In this document: in pieces, positions 1-7,239 of the stretch
Layout: every line of letters starts with the position of its first letter
Numbering within the stretch: the first letter of the stretch is position 1
Virus record (IMG/VR): IMGVR_UViG_3300020401_000014
Location: 62,881-126,880 of that record
Strand: one strand, 5' to 3'
Origin: a virus
Length of the DNA stretch: 64,000 nucleotides
Made by a program: the position numbers and the translations under genes
Notes under the pieces: generated by a model
Databases searched by the model: none
Seen by the model: the letters and a program-made list of their open reading frames with translations, nothing else
Told to the model about the DNA's origin: nothing

Positions 1-246
1 CATATGCGAATTGATATCTTTCTCTCCTGTTACGCGTAATATAGCATTTTCAGCTGTAATAGTGACGTCTGATTTAGACATCCCTGGAATTTGCGCAGTG
101 ATAACATAATTATCCTCCTTTTGATCGATTGTTGTTCGGTATTTATAGGAATCTATACTTGAGTCGATCACATTGTTAATCGCTTCATCAAAAACGCCTA
201 ACAATTCAGTCTCCCCAAAGAAGTTAGTGAATAGTGAATTTTTCAT
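1..246 (-). CDS. Small heat-shock protein (Hsp20/alpha-crystallin family), truncated by the window edge
   Basis: Not in the ORF track. Manual translation from ATG at 246 gives MKNSLFTNFFGETELLGVFDEAINN...EDNYVITAQIPGMSKSDVTITAENAILRVTGEK, which matches the Hsp20 core pattern. Confidence 0.85.
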   Translation of the reverse strand, partial: MKNSLFTNFFGETELLGVFDEAINNVIDSSIDSYKYRTTIDQKEDNYVITAQIPGMSKSDVTITAENAILRVTGEKDINSHM

Positions 247-324
247 ATGCAAGTATATTTGCATACTTCATGCCAATTTAAAAACCGCTATAATAAAGCC
301 TGACAGGATAAAACTGAGACAAAA

Positions 325-1134
325 TTACTCAGGGCGCTTTCCGAGGGGTTTGCCGTCCTGGCCAATTTGTCCCGATCTTATTTTTGTGGCGGAGACATCT
401 TGCATTTCTTTGCTTAATTCTAGCTGCTCAATATTATAACCCACACCTCTGCCGTAAAAAACGTCTGTAATATTAGGGAGTTCAACAACCCGGATTTTAT
501 CTCCAAATTCAACGCAAGCTTTTTCTATTTCGTATTTTACCTTTTCAAAATCATACGGATTACTGTCATCAGTTCCAGCAACATCCCTTAATGCAATGCA
601 ACATTGACCAACCCGTTGAATAGATTCTTGTACTAAAGTTTTGTGGCCTATATGAAATGGCTGATATCTGCCAATTAAAAGTGCTGTTGGGGCCTGGTTG
701 TCCCATTTCTCTGTTTCATATATTTTTCTAAGAACTTTTTCAACCCATTCTTCTGGCGAACCATCAGTTAATCTTACGTCGTAATTCATGGGTCTTTCGA
801 ATAGCTTATTAGTATCTTCATATCTACCTTCAAGAATTCTATCTACCCATATTATTAAATCAGCATTAAATACATCCCTGGTTTCTTTAGTTGGGCAGCA
901 AAAATCCGCTATAACAAAATTTCCACCCATGGCAGCCCAATCACTTAGCTTGCCTAATCTTCTAGCATGCTCTATTCTATCTTCTTCAGAAAATCCCAAA
1001 TCTTTGTGGATTTCTTGCCTTATAGCATCAGCATTAAACCATACCGCTCCAAGTGCAGGTACAAGAAGTTCTGCCAGGGTAGTTTTACCACTCCCAGGCA
1101 ATCCCATTATTAATATTTTTCTTTTAAGTTTCAT
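325..1134 (-). CDS. Adenylylsulfate-kinase-like P-loop domain fused to a cytidylyltransferase-like (HxGH) domain
   Basis: N-terminal GLPGSGKTT, NADAIR and LGFSEEDRIEHARR (CysC-like); C-terminal IGRYQPFHIGH and VSATKIR (nucleotidyltransferase superfamily). Confidence 0.8.
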   Translation of the reverse strand: MKLKRKILIMGLPGSGKTTLAELLVPALGAVWFNADAIRQEIHKDLGFSEEDRIEHARRLGKLSDWAAMGGNFVIADFCCPTKETRDVFNADLIIWVDRILEGRYEDTNKLFERPMNYDVRLTDGSPEEWVEKVLRKIYETEKWDNQAPTALLIGRYQPFHIGHKTLVQESIQRVGQCCIALRDVAGTDDSNPYDFEKVKYEIEKACVEFGDKIRVVELPNITDVFYGRGVGYNIEQLELSKEMQDVSATKIRSGQIGQDGKPLGKRPE

Positions 1135-1414
1135 TTTTTAATTTTATAATTAATTCCTGACTGTTTTCAGAATCAGGGTTCCAGTTTATACATTCAATGA
1201 TTTCGGTAGAATATTCAAATTCACTTTGGCGGCATTCTGAATTAATGTATTGTTTAGTTTTTTTTAATTCTTGCTGCAAAATTTTTAATATATACATAGT
1301 GTCTTGTAGTTTGTATTTACAAGCATTTAAATTAAATTGTAATCCTTTTAACCATATCATATCTTGTTCGTCTGGCATATATTTAGATACACCCCCTGGC
1401 TTTTTTTTGGGCAA
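1124..1414 (-). CDS. Hypothetical protein
   Basis: 96-aa ORF overlapping the start of the downstream gene, same strand. Confidence 0.55.
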   Translation of the reverse strand: MPKKKPGGVSKYMPDEQDMIWLKGLQFNLNACKYKLQDTMYILKILQQELKKTKQYINSECRQSEFEYSTEIIECINWNPDSENSQELIIKLKNET

Positions 1415-1546
1415 GCTAATTTGTTATAATTTATATTTTTGTTTTGATATTGAAAAATACCACCCCCCGCCGGATTTCTTTGTCACATTTTAAAAATCAA
1501 TTCACAAAATGGGTAGGGTTGCCATGCGGGGGTATATCAGTCCGGC

Positions 1547-1631
1547 TTATAGGCTCATTAGTTAAGCTACAAACGAACTAATAAGTCATTTTTTTCTCGC
1601 TTTTTTCGGTTTTTTCTGTTACCTTATAGGT
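1547..1631 (+). promoter_or_regulatory. Operator-plus-promoter repeat, copy 1 (palindrome GGCTCA-TTAGT-TAAGCT, extended -10 TGtTACCTT)
   Basis: Near-identical to 2821-2906 and 3829-3913; the -10 ends 6 nt before ATG 1632. Confidence 0.65.
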
Positions 1632-1832
1632 ATGAAAATGATTGATACTAGAAAAGAAATCCTCGAATCTCGGATCGAGGGAATCCACCACGCCATCGCA
1701 AAGATGCGTGAAGACGCAACCTCTGCAACCCGTGCCAATGTTGAAATGGCAATCGAAATGCTTGCACTTCCCGAGCTTGAAAAGATCGAGTCTCAGCTTG
1801 CTGAAGTGCTTGCCGAAGTTGAAAACTCTTAA
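1632..1832 (+). CDS. Hypothetical early protein (coiled-coil, acidic)
   Basis: 66-aa ORF directly behind a promoter. Confidence 0.7.
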   Translation: MKMIDTRKEILESRIEGIHHAIAKMREDATSATRANVEMAIEMLALPELEKIESQLAEVLAEVENS

Positions 1833-1846
1833 CTCATTTTTTTTGC

Positions 1847-1874
1847 TTGACCTTTAGCCTTTAATCCTTAGAAT
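1847..1874 (+). promoter_or_regulatory. Sigma70-type promoter with leaderless geometry
   Basis: TTGACC-16 nt-TAGAAT, ATG at 1881. Confidence 0.7.
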
Positions 1875-1880
1875 ATAATC

Positions 1881-1988
1881 ATGAAAGTAAAAGTTAGAAT
1901 CCCAATGGTCTTCTCCAAAGCCCGCCCTCACAAACTCAAAAACAAGGTTTTGCCACGCAAGGCAAAGCACAAAAAAACTTTCGCCTAA
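1881..1988 (+). CDS. 35-aa basic peptide
   Basis: Manual translation MKVKVRIPMVFSKARPHKLKNKVLPRKAKHKKTFA*, directly behind a promoter; below the ORF-track cutoff. Confidence 0.6.
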   Translation: MKVKVRIPMVFSKARPHKLKNKVLPRKAKHKKTFA

Positions 1989-2036
1989 ACGCATTTTTTT
2001 CTTGCAATTATCAAATCAATCCTTATACTTAGTAAT

Positions 2037-2327
2037 ATGATCAAAAATAAAAATATCGAAGCAATCGCAAACGCAGTCGCTAACGCAAGCGACACCAAGC
2101 TCACAGGTCAGTTCGCTGATCTCCTCGCTGATCTCAAGGAAGAGATCGCCAACGAGGAGTTTACCCTTGAGCATGGTATCCAACACGCCTCCGAGCGTGA
2201 CATCGAGGACGAGTTCGTTTCTCTTGATGCAGTCGAAGCAGAAGAAGACGAAGACTTCGACAATGACGAAAACCTCACCGACATGAATTGCATCAGTGGT
2301 GCAATGCGTGACATCTTTGAATCCTAA
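2037..2327 (+). CDS. Highly acidic hypothetical early protein
   Basis: 96 aa, D/E-rich (EAEEDEDFDNDEN); promoter TTGCAA 2002 / TATACT 2024 upstream. Confidence 0.75.
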   Translation: MIKNKNIEAIANAVANASDTKLTGQFADLLADLKEEIANEEFTLEHGIQHASERDIEDEFVSLDAVEAEEDEDFDNDENLTDMNCISGAMRDIFES

Positions 2328-2340
2328 ACGAAAGGCTAAT

Positions 2341-2502
2341 ATGTACATCCTTAAATCTATACTCAACCAAGCGGGTGCCGTTTGGGTTGTCGAATCCATA
2401 GCAATGCGGAAGCGTGATGCCGAAAGGCTCTTACGCTCTCGTCTTGCCCACAACGACGGCTCTCGTCGTTATGGTCTTTTCCCTGCTAACGCTTCAAGCT
2501 AA
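2341..2502 (+). CDS. Hypothetical protein
   Basis: Likely start MYILKS at 2341, inside track ORF 2296..2502. Confidence 0.5.
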   Translation: MYILKSILNQAGAVWVVESIAMRKRDAERLLRSRLAHNDGSRRYGLFPANASS

Positions 2503-2727
2503 ATGGAAGGCTATAATGGCTGGGCTAATTGGCAGACTTGGAATGTCGCCCTATGGCTAGGCAACGACGAAAGTTTATACAAACTTGCTAGGCGTTTTGT
2601 ACACTACAAAGATCTAGCCAACTATCTAATAGAATCGGGCACTACTAGCACACCCGACGGTGCGGACTACCAAGACCCTGAGCTTGACACCCACGCACTT
2701 GACGAGTTGCTAATGGACGAATTCTAA
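2503..2727 (+). CDS. Conserved-looking phage hypothetical protein (YNGWxNxxTWNVALW motif)
   Basis: MEGYNGWANWQTWNVALWLGNDESLY resembles a motif recurrent in small phage proteins. Confidence 0.7.
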   Translation: MEGYNGWANWQTWNVALWLGNDESLYKLARRFVHYKDLANYLIESGTTSTPDGADYQDPELDTHALDELLMDEF

Positions 2728-2801
2728 ATCCTTGACAGTCAAGAATTTAGGGCTCCGCCGGCCCCGGGTTTTGCCGGAAATGCTTGTGCTTCAAGCGTTT
2801 A
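2725..2801 (+). repeat. 77-bp 25-27-25 double-palindrome element, copy 1
   Basis: TAAATCCTTG-ACAGT-CAAGAATTTA, a 27-bp GC-rich spacer, then GAAATGCTTG-TGCTT-CAAGCGTTTA. Confidence 0.85.
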
Positions 2802-2820
2802 GGCAGGTTATCAGCGCGAC

Positions 2821-2906
2821 TTATAAGCTCATTAGTTGAGCTACAAACGTACCTAATGGGTCATTTTCTTGTCGCTTTTTTGGGTTTTATATGCTACTGT
2901 ATAAGT
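2821..2906 (+). promoter_or_regulatory. Operator-plus-promoter repeat, copy 2
   Basis: AGCTCA-TTAGT-TGAGCT at 2826-2842; -10 TACTGT ends 6 nt before ATG 2907. Confidence 0.65.
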
Positions 2907-3098
2907 ATGATTAAAATAATAGAAGTACTAATGAAAAGAGATCAACTTTCCGAAGAGGAAGCAACCGACCAAGTCGCCGCATTTCAATCTGAGATGTGGC
3001 TCGATGTCGCACAGGGTGGCGATGTCTGTGAATGGGAACACGCTTTCACTTCCGAGTTTGGGCTTGAGCCGGATTTCTTCGAGCTTTTAATCCTGTGA
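2907..3098 (+). CDS. Acidic hypothetical early protein
   Basis: Likely start MIKIIEV at 2907, set by promoter geometry. Confidence 0.65.
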   Translation: MIKIIEVLMKRDQLSEEEATDQVAAFQSEMWLDVAQGGDVCEWEHAFTSEFGLEPDFFELLIL

Positions 3099-3164
3099 TA
3101 ATAAAATGCCGAATGTGAATAACTTTTGCTCGACTTTTACCAAAAAATTTAATAGAATACGAAT

Positions 3165-3407
3165 ATGTTAGAAAAATTAGAAAAACTCCAAAAAGATCTT
3201 GCTTGGTGGCAAGACAAACTCAACCGATCACGCAAGGAATCGACTCGCTCGATTCGTGCCGTTCATGTGCAACACTTGCAAGATGAGATTGCAAAGCTCA
3301 CGCAACAAATCCGAGAGCGTGACTTGGAAATGCTCGATCTCAAAATCGCTCGTATAGATGCCCAAATCAAAAATCGCTCTTGGCAAAGAAGAGAGCAAAA
3401 CGCTTAA
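3165..3407 (+). CDS. Hypothetical coiled-coil protein
   Basis: 80 aa; promoter TCGACT 3130 -17- TAGAAT 3153. Confidence 0.7.
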   Translation: MLEKLEKLQKDLAWWQDKLNRSRKESTRSIRAVHVQHLQDEIAKLTQQIRERDLEMLDLKIARIDAQIKNRSWQRREQNA

Positions 3408-3411
3408 GCTT

Positions 3412-3753
3412 ATGAGAAAAGTAACACAACAAATAAAAGAAGCATTCGAACAACGCAAAGCCAAGACTGTTGGCAATACTCACACCGACGGAGAAAGCGT
3501 GTGGCTACATGGTAACAAGATAGTGACCCGCGACCCTAGTGGCGTTGTAATGGCTACGCTTGCAGGTTGGAACACTCCAACCACAAGAGAAAGAGTCAAC
3601 GGAATAACAGGATTAGGCTTTCACCAAGTAAACTTCGAAGCTTGCCTGAACGGTCAGATAGTTGACCCATTCGCTTGGTTTGTCAAGACGCACGAACCCA
3701 AGACTACCAAGCAAGTCTTGCCTCCACTTCCTAAGTCGTTGAGCGTCAAGTAA
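3412..3753 (+). CDS. Conserved-looking phage hypothetical protein
   Basis: MRKVTQ...VWLHGNKIV...LAGWNTPTTRERVNG; start re-called to ATG 3412. Confidence 0.7.
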   Translation: MRKVTQQIKEAFEQRKAKTVGNTHTDGESVWLHGNKIVTRDPSGVVMATLAGWNTPTTRERVNGITGLGFHQVNFEACLNGQIVDPFAWFVKTHEPKTTKQVLPPLPKSLSVK

Positions 3754-3808
3754 TTAGGGCTCTGCCGGTCCCGGGTTTTGCCGGAAATGCTTGTGCTTCA
3801 AGTGTTTA
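3732..3808 (+). repeat. 77-bp 25-27-25 element, copy 2
   Basis: TAAGTCGTTG-AGCGT-CAAGTAATTA, 27 bp, GAAATGCTTG-TGCTT-CAAGTGTTTA; spacer nearly identical to copy 1. Confidence 0.85.
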
Positions 3809-3828
3809 CGCAAAGCTATCAGTAAGAC

Positions 3829-3913
3829 TTATAAGCTCATTAGTTGAGCTACAAACGCAAATAATAGCGTTTTTTTTCTCGCTTTTTCGGGTTTTATCTG
3901 ATACATTGTATGT
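3829..3913 (+). promoter_or_regulatory. Operator-plus-promoter repeat, copy 3
   Basis: AGCTCA-TTAGT-TGAGCT at 3834-3850; -10 TACATT ends 6 nt before ATG 3914. Confidence 0.65.
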
Positions 3914-4114
3914 ATGATTAAAAATGATAAAGTAATACAAGTAAGAATCAAGAGATGGTCAACGCATTGGGCTGTCAAAATCTTCGACCAAGGAGTCGAT
4001 GCAGAAGGCAACGAACGCCCACGCGTTCGAACCGCTTCAAGTCAATCTCATCTCAATAGAATCATGCGAGATGAAGGTCTCAATCAGTTTCGTTTTAATG
4101 TTGTTTTTCAATAA
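3914..4114 (+). CDS. Hypothetical early protein
   Basis: 66-aa ORF behind a promoter. Confidence 0.65.
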   Translation: MIKNDKVIQVRIKRWSTHWAVKIFDQGVDAEGNERPRVRTASSQSHLNRIMRDEGLNQFRFNVVFQ

Positions 4115-4154
4115 TAAAGCTTGACTTTCACTCTTTAATCCTTAGAATATAATT

Positions 4155-4355
4155 ATGTTTGAATCACAAGACATTGATTACATCGCACAGAAAGCTTATG
4201 AAGCGGGCTTCGAAGGTAGCGATTCCGAAGAGCTTCCAAAGCGTTTGAGCGATCAACTCGAAACAGGCTTCGAGTATGTTTGGCTCGACAATTACCGCAA
4301 GGGGCAAGACGATGCTTTCCGCATCGTTTTGGCTGAATCTCCAACTTGGGAGTAA
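4155..4355 (+). CDS. Acidic hypothetical early protein
   Basis: TTGACT 4121 -16- TAGAAT 4143, ATG 4155. Confidence 0.7.
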   Translation: MFESQDIDYIAQKAYEAGFEGSDSEELPKRLSDQLETGFEYVWLDNYRKGQDDAFRIVLAESPTWE

Positions 4356-4358
4356 GAT

Positions 4359-4640
4359 ATGGCTTGGATGGACGAAATTGACTTTTCTCGTGAACCCAAC
4401 AGTAGGGAATGGGTAGGAATGTGTAGACGCAACCAAGCTCGTTGGGATGCACACAATACGGGCGAAAAGGTATACATTCTTGACATAGAGAACCGCTTAC
4501 TTGATCACAAGTTTCAGGTTCATCAACGTGCAAAAAACGCTTGGCAAGCTGCACTAAGATACTACAAAGGACTTGACCACCAAGTGCCTGCTTGGACTTG
4601 GAAGTGTACCAAAGTTGTAAAAGCTACCCTAAAGCCTTAA
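4359..4640 (+). CDS. Hypothetical protein
   Basis: 93-aa ORF immediately downstream of the previous gene. Confidence 0.65.
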   Translation: MAWMDEIDFSREPNSREWVGMCRRNQARWDAHNTGEKVYILDIENRLLDHKFQVHQRAKNAWQAALRYYKGLDHQVPAWTWKCTKVVKATLKP

Positions 4641-4706
4641 TAATCAATGTTTTAGGGCAAATCGCCGCTGTCGTCGCCGCGCAAATGCTTGATAAACAAA
4701 TACTTA
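4630..4706 (+). repeat. 77-bp 25-27-25 element, copy 3
   Basis: TAAAGCCTTA-ATAAT-CAATGTTTTA, 27 bp, CAAATGCTTG-ATAAA-CAAATACTTA. Confidence 0.85.
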
Positions 4707-4766
4707 CAAGATAAAAAAAATGAAAAAAAAGCTTGCAATTGCTTGCAATACATGCTACCTTTAGGT

Positions 4767-4955
4767 ATGACTAAATCAGAAATCGAAAGCCACATCTCTC
4801 ACCTTCACGCTCACCTTCAGACCGCTGATCTCAGCGAGCCTGATCGGGTTTCGCTCCGCAACGAGATCGGGCATTGGCAGGACAAGCTCGCCCTTCTCGA
4901 ATTCCAAAGCGAGGGCGAGGACTTCGACTTTGGTCACCACTCCGAATGGGAGTGA
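4767..4955 (+). CDS. Hypothetical protein, paralog A (C-terminus FQSEGEDFDFGHHSEWE)
   Basis: Start MTKSE at 4767; shares the C-terminal 17 aa with 5269..5457. Confidence 0.75.
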   Translation: MTKSEIESHISHLHAHLQTADLSEPDRVSLRNEIGHWQDKLALLEFQSEGEDFDFGHHSEWE

Positions 4956-4957
4956 CC

Positions 4958-5034
4958 TAAGTCGTTAATAGTAAATGTTTTAGGGCAAATCGCCACTGTC
5001 GCTGCCGCGTAAATGCTTGATAAACAAAGACTTG
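4958..5034 (+). repeat. 77-bp 25-27-25 element, copy 4
   Basis: TAAGTCGTTA-ATAGT-AAATGTTTTA, 27 bp, TAAATGCTTG-ATAAA-CAAAGACTTG; spacer nearly identical to copy 3. Confidence 0.85.
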
Positions 5035-5268
5035 CAGGATAAAAAAAATGAAAAAAAATGAAAAAAAAGCTTGACTTTTCGGCTTTTCTGTGGTAGAGTA
5101 TACTCATAATAAGATAAAAAATATAACCAACACCAAAAATGACAAATCTAACTGAGCGAGAAAAAATCCTTATCATCACAAAAATAATTCAAAAAAAAGC
5201 TTGACTTTTGCCAATTCATCTGATAAATTCTAAATATAAAATAAAGAAAACCCAACACAAAAAAAATT

Positions 5269-5457
5269 ATGACTAAAACCGAAATGCTCAACAAAATCTC
5301 TCTCCTCCGCGAAGTCCTTGCGGACTCCGTTTTGTCCTCCGCTGATCTCGTTGCGATCCGCAACGAAATCGGTGACCTTCAGGACAAGGTCGCTCTCCTC
5401 GACTTCCAAAGCGAAGGCGAGGACTTCGACTTCGGTCATCACTCCGAATGGGAGTGA
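5269..5457 (+). CDS. Hypothetical protein, paralog B (C-terminus FQSEGEDFDFGHHSEWE)
   Basis: 62 aa, same length as paralog A. Confidence 0.75.
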   Translation: MTKTEMLNKISLLREVLADSVLSSADLVAIRNEIGDLQDKVALLDFQSEGEDFDFGHHSEWE

Positions 5458-5503
5458 AAAAAAACCTTGACTTTCACTCTTAAATCACTAGAATAGTAAT
5501 CAT

Positions 5504-5764
5504 ATGTTAAATACTTCAAATAGAAATATCCCAACTCGCAGAGTCGAGTTTCTCAATGTCACTCTTCGCATCGTGCAGTCTTCAGTCGAAGACCCAACCG
5601 AAACGAGAGTTTTCAATACCAAGGTTTCGGCTGATCTTGACCAAGACCTTGACCACTTTTGGGCTTTGTCCGAAGCTCGTCGCCTAGAAGGCAACGCATG
5701 GAACACCGAAGAGGTTTCCGTTGAGCATTCATTCATTGACTCAACCGATCAATTCGTTTACTAA
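5504..5764 (+). CDS. Hypothetical early protein
   Basis: TTGACT 5467 -16- TAGAAT 5489 upstream. Confidence 0.65.
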   Translation: MLNTSNRNIPTRRVEFLNVTLRIVQSSVEDPTETRVFNTKVSADLDQDLDHFWALSEARRLEGNAWNTEEVSVEHSFIDSTDQFVY

Positions 5765-5952
5765 TGAGAATAATTGACATCGAACGAAACGAAAACCTGT
5801 CCGAGTGGCTCAATGTCCGAATCTTTGGCAAGGTTGTAGAAACTGAAAAGTCGCTTGCTTTGGCAATGCAAAAAGCAAAAGAATTGCAAGCACGAGAAAA
5901 AGAAAACACTCGCACCCCTTTCATTATAATAGTAAAAGACAATGCAAAATAA
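5764..5952 (+). CDS. Hypothetical protein
   Basis: Translationally coupled (TAATG overlap). Confidence 0.6.
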   Translation: MRIIDIERNENLSEWLNVRIFGKVVETEKSLALAMQKAKELQAREKENTRTPFIIIVKDNAK

Positions 5953-6130
5953 AATAATCAAAGAAAAAATATCGAACCTCACCTCCACGCTTCAAGCTCT
6001 CACATTGCAAAAAATGAACGCTTTGAGAGTTGGCAACCGCAAGGAAGCTGAAGCAATTCAATCCGTACAAGTTGACATTGATAATAAGATTGTGCAACTT
6101 GAGAGAGCAATAAGACTCATTAGATCATGA
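5942..6130 (+). CDS. Hypothetical coiled-coil protein
   Basis: 62-aa ORF overlapping its neighbours. Confidence 0.6.
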   Translation: MQNKIIKEKISNLTSTLQALTLQKMNALRVGNRKEAEAIQSVQVDIDNKIVQLERAIRLIRS

Positions 6131-6193
6131 CTTGGGACATTGTACTATTCTTGCCTTGGGTTGTAGTATTCTACTGCATGCACAAGAGCATTA

Positions 6194-6270
6194 TAAGCTC
6201 TTGATAATCAAGCTTTTAGGGCACGGCCGGCCTCCGGTTTTGACGTAAAACCTTGATAAACAACATCTTA
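6194..6270 (+). repeat. 77-bp 25-27-25 element, copy 5
   Basis: TAAGCTCTTG-ATAAT-CAAGCTTTTA, 27 bp, TAAAACCTTG-ATAAA-CAACATCTTA. Confidence 0.85.
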
Positions 6271-6344
6271 GGGTGATAGAATTGTGCAAAAAAGTAGTTG
6301 AAAGTTTTTCTTGACTTTTAGGCTTTGATATGTTACCTTAAGGT

Positions 6345-6527
6345 ATGATTAAATTAAATGATGTAGTTCGTGTCAAATATGGCACTCACAAGGGTAAAAC
6401 CTTTCAAGTCGTGGGCTTCGCTCGCAAAGATAGCCTTGGCAAGTTAATCACTTGCAGGTTATACCGCTCTCAATATCGGTTTAACTTCATGCCTTGGCAA
6501 ATTGAGATTCATCCTTTTTTTGCTTGA
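6345..6527 (+). CDS. Small basic KOW/SH3-like hypothetical protein
   Basis: IKLNDVVRVKYGTHKGKTFQVVG resembles a KOW motif; promoter TTGACT 6311 -17- TACCTT 6334. Confidence 0.55.
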   Translation: MIKLNDVVRVKYGTHKGKTFQVVGFARKDSLGKLITCRLYRSQYRFNFMPWQIEIHPFFA

Positions 6528-6557
6528 CTTTCACTCTCCAAACCTTAGAATATAGTT

Positions 6558-6797
6558 ATGTTAGATCAAAATAGAAAATCTCAATTCCCTGAGCTAGATC
6601 TCTCGCTCGAAATGTCAAAGCTAGAAGGCAAGCTTCGTTTTCTTGCTACTTGCTCCGAAAAAGTCAGCGAATGGACTCCGAGCTTTACACAAGCCGAAAC
6701 GATTCTCGAATCGCTTGGACATATCCAAGCCATAAGAAAAGACTTTGAAGAGTTGCAAGAGTTGCAACGCAAAAAATTGCTTGACTCCATCTCTTAA
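6558..6797 (+). CDS. Hypothetical early protein
   Basis: TTGACT 6524 -16- TAGAAT 6546, ATG 6558. Confidence 0.65.
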   Translation: MLDQNRKSQFPELDLSLEMSKLEGKLRFLATCSEKVSEWTPSFTQAETILESLGHIQAIRKDFEELQELQRKKLLDSIS

Positions 6798-6814
6798 CCT
6801 GTCATAATAGAATC

Positions 6815-6949
6815 ATGAACGAAAGACAAAAAGAACTCACCCAAATCATTAACGAACACACTGAGCTTGCCGAACAAGGTTGCATTGAGTCGATGCAAAT
6901 TGTGATCAATGCCCAAATAGAGCTTGACCAAATCACCGCAAACCAATAA
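6815..6949 (+). CDS. 44-aa hypothetical protein
   Basis: MNERQKELTQIINEH...; TTGACT 6781 -16- CATAAT 6803. Confidence 0.55.
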   Translation: MNERQKELTQIINEHTELAEQGCIESMQIVINAQIELDQITANQ

Positions 6950-7025
6950 TGGAATTAGTCATTCTTGTAATCGTTTCGGGTTTGATCGGTGGCATTAAAG
7001 AATTGATCTATCCAACTCTAGAACG

Positions 7026-7145
7026 CAAGTAACTGATAGTCAAGCTTTTACGGCAAAGCCGGCCCCAAAAAATTACGTAAATACTTGATAAACAAAGTTT
7101 TACATAAAATAACATGGCCGCAAATCCCTGAATATCAGGGACTTA
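7026..7145 (+). repeat. 77-bp 25-27-25 element, copy 6, plus a third palindrome 18 bp further on
   Basis: CAAGTAACTG-ATAGT-CAAGCTTTTA (7026-7050), 27 bp, TAAATACTTG-ATAAA-CAAAGTTTTA (7078-7102), then CAAATCCCTG-AATAT-CAGGGACTTA (7121-7145). Confidence 0.85.
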
Positions 7146-7165
7146 CGCATGATTAAAAAATATGT

Positions 7166-7228
7166 TATTTGGCTATTTGGCTATTCTATTTGGCTATTTG
7201 GCTGTTCTATTTGGCTATTTGCCTCTTC
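7166..7228. repeat. Three tandem 21-bp units, each (TATTTGGC)2 + TNTTC
   Basis: Units start at 7166, 7187 and 7208; non-coding, at the point where the + and - gene blocks converge. Confidence 0.9.
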
Positions 7229-7239
7229 TAAATATATAA

